34,045 nucleotides of DNA from an uncultured Gemmatimonas sp. Its GTDB lineage: Bacteria > Gemmatimonadota > Gemmatimonadetes > Longimicrobiales > Longimicrobiaceae. The notes under the pieces are model-generated. The model saw nothing but the letters and a program-made list of their open reading frames with translations. It was not told where the DNA came from and made no database searches. The position numbers and the translations under genes are program-made. Shown here in pieces: positions 27,310-34,045 of the stretch. Location of the stretch: NCBI GenBank assembly GCA_964623785.1, contig CAZUVK010000013.1, positions 1-34,045 of the forward strand, read 5' to 3'. Position 1 is the stretch's first letter; each line of letters opens with the position of its first letter.

Positions 27310-27498
27310 ACCCCTCTATTTGAGTTGACTCATTGCCAAGCCAGTGAATCGTTGAAGCGATTGGCTTGACGAGGTTTCGCCGACGATTCAAACGCTCCTG
27401 GAAGACCTTGTCTTATGCTAAGCAAGCAAACGCGGTCGCGGAATCGCTCGCACTTGTTGACGCGCGAGCGCAATCGCGGCTGTCGCCGAATGATCTCA

Positions 27499-28482
27499 CT
27501 ACGCGATGGCCGTTGATTGCGATGCAACCTCGGAGACCGTGCAAAACGTCAGATCGACATACCGGGAGATGCTATCCACATATTCATCGATACGATCGAG
27601 CAAGGCATCCACCTCAATCTGATCACGAGCGAACGGCCCCATCCCCGGCTCCAAACTATTGCTATGCACGAACATATGAAGGTGATCCACGCCACCCGCG
27701 ACGAGTCTGCGGCTCGCGTTAACCATTTCTACCGCACTATTCGTCTCCGGGCTCATGATGACCCACCTCAGGAGGTGAAGGCGGCTCGCGATTCCATTCA
27801 GATGGAGCGCCTGCGCCACGCGAGATTGTCGTAGCCGCGCAAGGCGCGGCCAAAGGCTCGGCGAGAATCGCGTAGCACCAACGGAGATCGGGATCTCCAG
27901 CATGGGAGCATCTGCATCGCCACGGCGATACGGATCGTCGGCGTCGAACCGATAGGCCCCAAGCGGTGCGTCGACGAAGTTCGGGCCGTCGTCGTACGCT
28001 TCCCAAGTGAGCAAGGGCGTGACGCTGCTGTCGACGTACAGACCGTTTCGCGCCAGGGCGGGTACCGTGGATGCGCCGAAGCCGAAACGCCCCGCGCGAA
28101 ACGTTGTCGGCCGAGCTCCGACGTTCGACTCGATCGCGTCCATCAGGACGCGAAGCTTTTCCTCCTGAAGCTCCGGCGGGTAGTTCATCAGCATCGTCAC
28201 ATGGTCTTCCAGCCCAGAGTCTGGGGGAGTATTCCATGGATGCAGATGCGCTCCGACCTCCGAACCTCCACGCGCGTATACGGCGCGTACGTGCCCGGCT
28301 GCTTCGGGAGAGGCGGCGACCTGGTAGGAGACGAAGTAGGTGGCGCGAATGCCGAGGCGCTGGAGCCGATCGTCGAACGCCGGCAGCTGACGCACGTTGG
28401 TCGTGGTGATCCCGTGGCGCGCGGGGATCCAGTTGTCCTCTTCCGTATCGATCGACAGGACAAAGCGGACAGCGGGGCGCAT
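27499..28482 (-). CDS. Polysaccharide deacetylase family protein (WalW-like)
   Basis: The ATG at 28482 is preceded by AGGGGA, 7 nt after the upstream stop: MRPAVRFVLSIDTEEDNW...IRATYFVSYQVA...GSEVGAHLHPWNTPP. The listed GTG start at 28512 would overlap the upstream gene by 23 nt. Confidence 0.75.
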   Translation of the reverse strand: MRPAVRFVLSIDTEEDNWIPARHGITTTNVRQLPAFDDRLQRLGIRATYFVSYQVAASPEAAGHVRAVYARGGSEVGAHLHPWNTPPDSGLEDHVTMLMNYPPELQEEKLRVLMDAIESNVGARPTTFRAGRFGFGASTVPALARNGLYVDSSVTPLLTWEAYDDGPNFVDAPLGAYRFDADDPYRRGDADAPMLEIPISVGATRFSPSLWPRLARLRQSRVAQALHLNGIASRLHLLRWVIMSPETNSAVEMVNASRRLVAGGVDHLHMFVHSNSLEPGMGPFARDQIEVDALLDRIDEYVDSISRYVDLTFCTVSEVASQSTAIA

Positions 28483-28489
28483 GGTTCCC

Positions 28490-29389
28490 CTAGCGGGAGA
28501 CGAAGACGTCACGGGACGGAGCGTCCACGCCTTGCGCCACGCGCTCCAGCCACTCGGCGAGCCGCTTCTCGAGAAAGAGGCGGTCGGACTCGCGGGAGAA
28601 GGTATGGTCCGCGCCGGGGCGGATCTCGACCCGAAGGATACGCGAGAGCTCGGCGATCTCGGGGAACGCGTCGGCGATCTGGCGGCGGTAGCTGATGGCC
28701 TCGCGACTATGTCCGGTCAGGATGAAGAAAAGCTGAGTCCGCCTACTCACCAAGTCTTTGAGGGTCGCGACAGCTTGCTTCCGAGCTTCGACGAATATCT
28801 CCGGCGCTGGGGCGTGAGGTATCCCGCGGTTGCTTGCCTCGGCCACGGTCACCTGGCCAACCAGATCCAGCTTCTTCCGCCCGGAAAGGATACGCCAGGC
28901 GACCGATGGACGCAGTCCGCGTCCGAATCGACGGACTACCCGGATGACCTGGTGGAGGCGGGTCGAGAAGACGACGGTGGGATCGATCAACATCGCCGCG
29001 ACGACGCGCGGATCCGCTGCGGCGATAGCAAAGCTGTGATCGGCGCCCGAGCATAGACCGACCATGACGAACCGGTTCGCAATTCCCATGGCCTGCAGGC
29101 GATCGAAGGCTGCCCGAGTCCCGGCAAGCATTTGGTCACCTGGGGTCCCGGTGCCAACGGGGTCGCTGTCGCCGAGCCCCGGCAGGTCATAGCGCAGGCT
29201 GGTACGCCCATGTCTGGCGAGATGGCGCGCCAACCGCACGTGCAATCTGTTCGCACCCACACGGTGGATGATGCCAGTGTTCGTAAACACGACGGCAACG
29301 TCGCCGGGGGTGGAGTCCGGCGACATGGGGCCTGTTAGAATCCCCAGCAGTCGGTTCCCCGGTCCGAACTCGAATATGCATTCGTTCAT
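28490..29389 (-). CDS. Alpha/beta-fold protein resembling 'hydrolase 1, exosortase A system-associated'; GxCxG elbow
   Basis: 299 aa. VAVVFTNTGIIHRVGANRLHVRLARHLARHGRTSLRYDLPGLGDS and VMVGLCSGAD follow the remembered hydr1_PEP pattern (...YRvGshRqFv.lAR.LA..G...LRFD.RGmGDS...GLCDAA). ATGA overlap with the upstream gene. Confidence 0.65.
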   Translation of the reverse strand: MNECIFEFGPGNRLLGILTGPMSPDSTPGDVAVVFTNTGIIHRVGANRLHVRLARHLARHGRTSLRYDLPGLGDSDPVGTGTPGDQMLAGTRAAFDRLQAMGIANRFVMVGLCSGADHSFAIAAADPRVVAAMLIDPTVVFSTRLHQVIRVVRRFGRGLRPSVAWRILSGRKKLDLVGQVTVAEASNRGIPHAPAPEIFVEARKQAVATLKDLVSRRTQLFFILTGHSREAISYRRQIADAFPEIAELSRILRVEIRPGADHTFSRESDRLFLEKRLAEWLERVAQGVDAPSRDVFVSR

Positions 29390-30135
29390 GTCGCGCGCAG
29401 CCAGGCCATCAGGGAGCCTATTGCCCTGGATGGAACCATTCCGTTCCAGATAGAGTCATCTTCTTCCCATGCATGGGCGTCTTCCACTACCTGATGCTCG
29501 ATGCGGGTTAGGGCGTCGCTGAGGCGTGCGAAGTTGCGGCCGCCGTCAGCGTGAGTCTCCAACAGCAGCGCGCGATCCGCGGTAGAACCACGGTAATCCG
29601 CTGCGTCCACCGCTTCCATCTGCGCCACAAGCGATGCCGAGACAAGCCGTTGCCCAAACTCAACCGTCCCGTCGCGTCCCGTGAGCAACCCGGCGGAACT
29701 CGCTAATACCGCCCGAACCCATTCCTTTCCATCCACCACCGGATCCCAGAGAACCAACCTTCGGACATCGCGCCTTCCCGTCGCTGTTGCGGCGGCGACG
29801 CTCGCCCCGAGGCGGAGGCCCACCAGGTCGACCCGGGATCTGCCGCTCATCGCCTTTAGTTCGTCAATCGCCATCGCCGTATCGCCAATCCAGCGTGACA
29901 TGTCCGCGTCCGTTTCACTGCCCCAGGAATCGCCAGTTCCCGAGTAGTCGAAGCGCATGGCGTGAAAGCCTAGTTCGGCGAGGCGCCGGGATGCAACCCG
30001 CAGCGATCTGTGCGCATACTGATACTCCGATCCCCACGATGGGCAGAACAGAACGGCACCCGACCCGACACCGCGCGGCGAATGATAGTACCCGAAAAGT
30101 TGCTCCTCCGCCGTCCCAAAAAAGAATGCCGTCAT
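29386..30135 (-). CDS. Alpha/beta-fold protein resembling 'hydrolase 2, exosortase A system-associated'; GLRLG elbow
   Basis: 249 aa. LFGYYHSP...AVLFCPSWGSEYQYAHRSLRVASRRLAELGFHAMRFDYSGTGDS...VDLVGLRLGASVA...LVLWDPVVDGKEW follows the remembered hydr2_PEP pattern (GLRLGA, LWqPV.sGk). ATGA overlap with the NRPS stop. Confidence 0.65.
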   Translation of the reverse strand: MTAFFFGTAEEQLFGYYHSPRGVGSGAVLFCPSWGSEYQYAHRSLRVASRRLAELGFHAMRFDYSGTGDSWGSETDADMSRWIGDTAMAIDELKAMSGRSRVDLVGLRLGASVAAATATGRRDVRRLVLWDPVVDGKEWVRAVLASSAGLLTGRDGTVEFGQRLVSASLVAQMEAVDAADYRGSTADRALLLETHADGGRNFARLSDALTRIEHQVVEDAHAWEEDDSIWNGMVPSRAIGSLMAWLRAT

Positions 30136-33100
30136 GCGATCTGCGCGTGGCCGGGAATCGAGGCGGCAATCTCGGCGATTGTCATGAAAAAAAATGATCG
30201 CGGTTCAGGACGATGTCCGGTTCGCTCCGCGATGAGATCCGCGGCCCGCAGGGCGAGGAGCGAGTGCCCGCCAATCTCGAAGAAGTTATCACCTGGGTTG
30301 ACCTCCTCACTACCCAGGAGGCTAGCAAAGATTTCTGAAATCATACGTTCTGCCGGCGTCAGGTCGGCAGCGGAGATGGCCGGCTTGACGCCAGTGGCCA
30401 GCGGGTCCGGCAGTGCCTTGCGGTCGACCTTCCCGTTCGGCGTGAGCGGGAAACTCTCGAGTGGCCAAACGAGCCCCGGCACCATGTACCGCGGGAGCGT
30501 CGACCCCAGGCGTTTCCGGATCTCCGACGCAAGCAGCTCCCCGTCTTCCTCGAAGACCACATACGCCACCAGCCGCCGGTCCTCCGCCTCTCCCCGCGCC
30601 ATCACCACCGCCTGCCTCACCTCCAAAAAGCCCTCCAGCGCGCTCTCAATCTCTCCCAGCTCGATCCGGTACCCGTGCACCTTCACCTGGAAGTCCATGC
30701 GACCCAGATGCTCCAGGCGCCCGTCGGCGCGCCAACGGCCCAGGTCCCCCGTGCGGTACATCCGCCCGCCGGGCACGAACGGGTCCGGCCGGAACCGCTC
30801 GGCGGTCAGCTCCGGACGGTTCCGGTACCCGCACGCCACCCCGTCACCGGCGATCCAGATCTCCCCGTGGACGCCGTCGGGAACGAGCTGGTCATGCCGG
30901 TCCAGCACGTACACTCGCGTGTTCGCGACCGGACAGCCTACCAGGACCGGACCCTCTCCGTCCACACGCTCGAGAGTCGACCAGATTGTCGTCTCTGTCG
31001 GACCGTACAGGTTCCACACCTCGTCCGCTCGCTCGACCAGAGACCGCGCCAGTTCCTCGGGCAGCGACTCGCCCCCGCAGAGGGCTTTCTTCAATCGGCC
31101 CTTCCAGCCCGCGTCCAGCAGCATGCGCCAGGTCGCCGGCGTCGCCTGCATTACCGTCGCCTCGCCCTCCTCCAGCCGCTCGAGTAGGGCGTTTCCGTCA
31201 CCTGCGACCTCGCGCGAGGCGATCCGCACCCGCGCGCCCACACACAGCGGCAGGAACAGCTCCAGCCCCGAGATGTCGAACGACAGCGTGGTCACCGCCA
31301 GCAGCGAGTCTTCCGCCGCCAGCCCCGGCGCCTGCCGCATCGAGCCCAGGAAGTTGCGCAAGGCACTGTGCGGGATTTCCACCCCCTTCGGTTTGCCTGT
31401 CGAACCCGAGGTGTAGATCACGTACGCGAGATCGTCGCTCCCCGGGAGCCGCCGCGGCGCATGTGCCGTGGCCGGACTCGCGCCACCGCTCGCGAGCAGC
31501 GCCTCGGGCGTGAGCAGTTCCGCCCCGCCCAGCGGCTCGTCCGTGTCGCTGAGCACCAGCGAGACCTGCCCGTCCTCGACCATGTAGCTGAGCCGGTCCA
31601 CCGGAAAATCCGGATCCAGCGGTAGATACGCCGCCCCGCTGCGCAGGATGCCCAGCACCACGCCCAGCATCGGTGCCCCACGGCTCAGACGCACTCCGAT
31701 CAGATCCCCCGGGCCCAGCCCCTTGCCTTCCAGCGCCGCCGCGACACGCCCCGCGTACTCCCACAGCTCCCCGTAGCTCCAGACGTGACCCGCATCGTCG
31801 TCGACCGCGATCCGCTCCGGCGCCATCTCTACCCGCTCCTCGACCCACTCCAGAAAACTCCCCGAGGCAAGACCCGGCTCCACCGGTCCCGCTCGCTCTG
31901 TTACCAGATTCCTACGGACCGTTTCCGGGAGTAGGGGGATCCCGGCAATCGGCCGGTCCGGCTCAGCGAGGATTCCGTCCAGAAATACCGAGAACCCGGC
32001 GAAGAGCCGCTCGATATCCGCCGGTTCAAACAGGTCGGCGTTGAAGGAGCATCTGAATACCAGACCCTCCGGGCTCTCCACGGCATTGACGTTCAACTCG
32101 AAGGCCTCATAGCGCCGCGGCAGATGCAGAGCGCGCGCTCGGATCCCGCCAAAGCTCCCGGATGCACCCTGCCGATCCAGGTTGAAGAGGATCGGGACCA
32201 GCGGGATTCGGCTGGGGTCGCGCGGCGGATTGAGCTGCGCGAGCACTGATCCGAAGGTGCAATGGTGATGTTCATGCGCACCCAGAAGTTCGTTGCGCAC
32301 GGCCCGGAGCACCGAGGTGAACGGTGCATCCAGAGATATCCCGGCCCGCAGGGGCAGAAGGTTCACGCAGTGCCCAACGAGGCCAGGATCGCCATGGAAC
32401 GCCTGGCCTGCCGCCGTGACGCCGATCACCAGGTCTTCCTCCCCGGTGATTCGCGCAACGTACGCCTCGAAGGACGCGAGGATCGAGATGAGGAAGGTCG
32501 CGCCGTTCCTCGCCCCGAGTGCGCGCAGCCTGGAAACCGACTCCCGTTCAAACGAATGGTCGACATGACCGCCATTGTAGGTACGGATCGGCGGTCGAGG
32601 GCGGGAATGCGGCAGTTCGATCGTGGGTGGAAGCGCGCTGTACCGTTCGAGCCAGTGGCGCATGGAAACCGCATACTCCGGCGACTCAAGCTCGTTCGAC
32701 CTGTCGCGTGCGTAGTCGGCGAAGCTGGGTGCCGCAGGTAGATCGACTGGCCTGCCTTCGACGGCCGCCGCATAGAGCGCGGGGATCTCGCCGACGAGGA
32801 TCGCCATCGACCAGCCGTCGCAGACGATGTGGTGCGTGGTGAACAGCAGGAGGTGGGATTCCCTGCCCATTCGGAAGAGCTGTACTCGGACGAGGGGCCC
32901 ACGCACGAGATCGAATGGCTGCGCCGCCGCCCTCTCGGCCGCCACGAGAGCGGCCTCGAGCGTCACGTCATCGCCCAGGTCATGCTCTTCGAAATGCATC
33001 GTCGGCTCGCCGGCGATCACGAAGCTGAGACCGTCCTGAGTGAACGATGCCCGGAGGGCGTCGTGCCTCATGACCAGTCCCGCGAACGCGCGGTTCAACG

Positions 33101-33305
33101 CACCGACGTCCAGCGGCCCCTCGATATGGATGGGAAGGGAGATGCTGTATGCGCCGGAGGCGTCGGCACCCATCAGGGCAACGGCGAAGATCTCCCGCTG
33201 AGCCTCTGTCGAGGGTGCCTGATCGACTAGCTCGTCCCCGGCGAAAGGATCGAAGTCAACAGACTCATAACCCGCCTGACCATCGTACTGGGACATTGCC
33301 TTCAT
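30132..33305 (-). CDS. Single-module NRPS: condensation - adenylation - thiolation (C-A-T), no TE/R domain
   Basis: 1057 aa. C domain HHIVCDGWS (aa 158-166). A domain motifs LAYVIYTSGSTGKPKGV, NLYGPTETT, YRTGDLGRWRADGRLEHLGRMDFQVKVHGYRIELGEIE, PLTPNGKVDRKAL. T domain FFEIGGHSLLALR. The protein ends 37 aa after the T-domain serine. Confidence 0.92.
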   Translation of the reverse strand: MKAMSQYDGQAGYESVDFDPFAGDELVDQAPSTEAQREIFAVALMGADASGAYSISLPIHIEGPLDVGALNRAFAGLVMRHDALRASFTQDGLSFVIAGEPTMHFEEHDLGDDVTLEAALVAAERAAAQPFDLVRGPLVRVQLFRMGRESHLLLFTTHHIVCDGWSMAILVGEIPALYAAAVEGRPVDLPAAPSFADYARDRSNELESPEYAVSMRHWLERYSALPPTIELPHSRPRPPIRTYNGGHVDHSFERESVSRLRALGARNGATFLISILASFEAYVARITGEEDLVIGVTAAGQAFHGDPGLVGHCVNLLPLRAGISLDAPFTSVLRAVRNELLGAHEHHHCTFGSVLAQLNPPRDPSRIPLVPILFNLDRQGASGSFGGIRARALHLPRRYEAFELNVNAVESPEGLVFRCSFNADLFEPADIERLFAGFSVFLDGILAEPDRPIAGIPLLPETVRRNLVTERAGPVEPGLASGSFLEWVEERVEMAPERIAVDDDAGHVWSYGELWEYAGRVAAALEGKGLGPGDLIGVRLSRGAPMLGVVLGILRSGAAYLPLDPDFPVDRLSYMVEDGQVSLVLSDTDEPLGGAELLTPEALLASGGASPATAHAPRRLPGSDDLAYVIYTSGSTGKPKGVEIPHSALRNFLGSMRQAPGLAAEDSLLAVTTLSFDISGLELFLPLCVGARVRIASREVAGDGNALLERLEEGEATVMQATPATWRMLLDAGWKGRLKKALCGGESLPEELARSLVERADEVWNLYGPTETTIWSTLERVDGEGPVLVGCPVANTRVYVLDRHDQLVPDGVHGEIWIAGDGVACGYRNRPELTAERFRPDPFVPGGRMYRTGDLGRWRADGRLEHLGRMDFQVKVHGYRIELGEIESALEGFLEVRQAVVMARGEAEDRRLVAYVVFEEDGELLASEIRKRLGSTLPRYMVPGLVWPLESFPLTPNGKVDRKALPDPLATGVKPAISAADLTPAERMISEIFASLLGSEEVNPGDNFFEIGGHSLLALRAADLIAERTGHRPEPRSFFFMTIAEIAASIPGHAQIA

Positions 33306-34045
33306 CCTTCCACACGAACGTATTTACCCGGTCGATCCGGGTCGGGTCGGAACCAGCCGGGGTTGCCATCGGGGCCACGGCCCAGTCGCGCGTCGGGGTA
33401 GGGAGGGGCGCCAAGCCCACCGCGCAGCACGGCCGCGCCCGGACGATCCCCGTTTCCGCCCGGCCTCGAGCCGTTGCCGCCCTGCTCACGGGGGAGCAAT
33501 CCCACATCGAGAAGCTCGGTAAGTGCGCCCCGGAATGCGTCCACCACGAAGTCAACGTCCGCGCTCGTATGGGCGGCCGTGAAGAACCAGGTGCGGCCCT
33601 CGAAGATGTGGATACCGCGTTCTCGAAGGAGCGCGAGAAAAACGCCGCCGACGGGCACCGGTACGGTGAAGTGGACCCGGAAGGCCGAGCTGAAACGCTG
33701 GAAGCCGATCGGTGCACCGAGTTCCCGGCAGACCGCCTGAAGCCGTTCCACGCACTGTTCAGCAAGAGCGGTCACCCGGGTCGGGAGCGCATCGCCTTCA
33801 TCCCGCAGGTGGGTCAGCGTAGCCTTCACGGCGGCAAGCGCCAGCGGGTGACGTACGAAGGTCCCCGCGAAATAGGTCATCCCCACGGCGGGAAAGGAGT
33901 CGTCGCCGTAGACCCAGGGGCCCCCGTCGAGGGCATCGAGGAATCTGGGTGAGCCGGAGACAAGGCCGATCGGGAGCCCGCCGCCCACGACCTTGCCGTA
34001 GGTGGCGATGTCGGCCTCGACACCGAAGTATCCCTGCGCGCCGCG
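33302..34045 (-). CDS. Class-III PLP aminotransferase (glutamate-1-semialdehyde-aminomutase-like), C-terminal part; 5' end off the right edge
   Basis: Hand translation from nt 34045 gives RGAQGYFGVEADIATYGKVVGGGLPIGLVSGSPRFLDAL... (GK-x-x-GGG-x-P-x-G, the PLP-lysine region of GSA-AM-like enzymes). The frame is open to the window edge. Its stop overlaps the NRPS ATG (ATGA at 33302-33305). It may be the terminal AMT domain of a larger synthase. Confidence 0.8.
   Translation of the reverse strand, partial: RGAQGYFGVEADIATYGKVVGGGLPIGLVSGSPRFLDALDGGPWVYGDDSFPAVGMTYFAGTFVRHPLALAAVKATLTHLRDEGDALPTRVTALAEQCVERLQAVCRELGAPIGFQRFSSAFRVHFTVPVPVGGVFLALLRERGIHIFEGRTWFFTAAHTSADVDFVVDAFRGALTELLDVGLLPREQGGNGSRPGGNGDRPGAAVLRGGLGAPPYPDARLGRGPDGNPGWFRPDPDRPGKYVRVEG

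Noticed and set aside
1-34045. Scan for CRISPR arrays, tRNA/rRNA genes, defence-system hallmarks, integrases or prophage genes
   Set aside because: None was recognisable by eye. The only mobile-element trace is the decayed transposase at 22575-23086.

Overview
High-GC bacterial window (hand-sampled lines about 65-75% GC in most genes). Almost all of it is one mosaic cell-surface glycan (EPS/O-antigen-like) biosynthesis locus with thiotemplate (NRPS-type) chemistry attached. From left to right it contains: (1) the 5' part of a formyltransferase-domain megasynthase-like gene (minus strand, runs off the left edge); (2) a 1.2-kb non-coding stretch ending in two tandem GEMM-I (c-di-GMP-I class) riboswitch aptamers; (3) a 723-aa lipoprotein with Ig-like/FN3 repeats and a ConA-like, lyase-like C-terminus; (4) five glycosyltransferases plus one GT remnant, a Wzy/O-antigen-ligase-like membrane protein, PIG-L and WalW-like deacetylases, an AsnB amidotransferase, an FkbH-ACP-GNAT-VOC cassette, a FemAB/CelD-like acyltransferase, an MsbA-type ABC exporter, an ATP-grasp ligase, a UDP-GlcNAc 2-epimerase and a decayed DDE transposase; (5) at the right end, a translationally coupled chain of aminotransferase, C-A-T NRPS module (hand-derived specificity code matches Gly) and two alpha/beta-fold proteins that resemble the exosortase-A-associated hydrolase 1/2 pair. 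The non-coding highlights are the tandem riboswitches and a second, unclassified ~310-nt block-conserved leader. That leader occurs in two copies, upstream of asnB and of the fkbH-like gene, with compensatory substitutions that fit only the minus strand. No tRNA, rRNA or CRISPR array was seen. All homology statements come from reading motifs by eye; no database search was possible.
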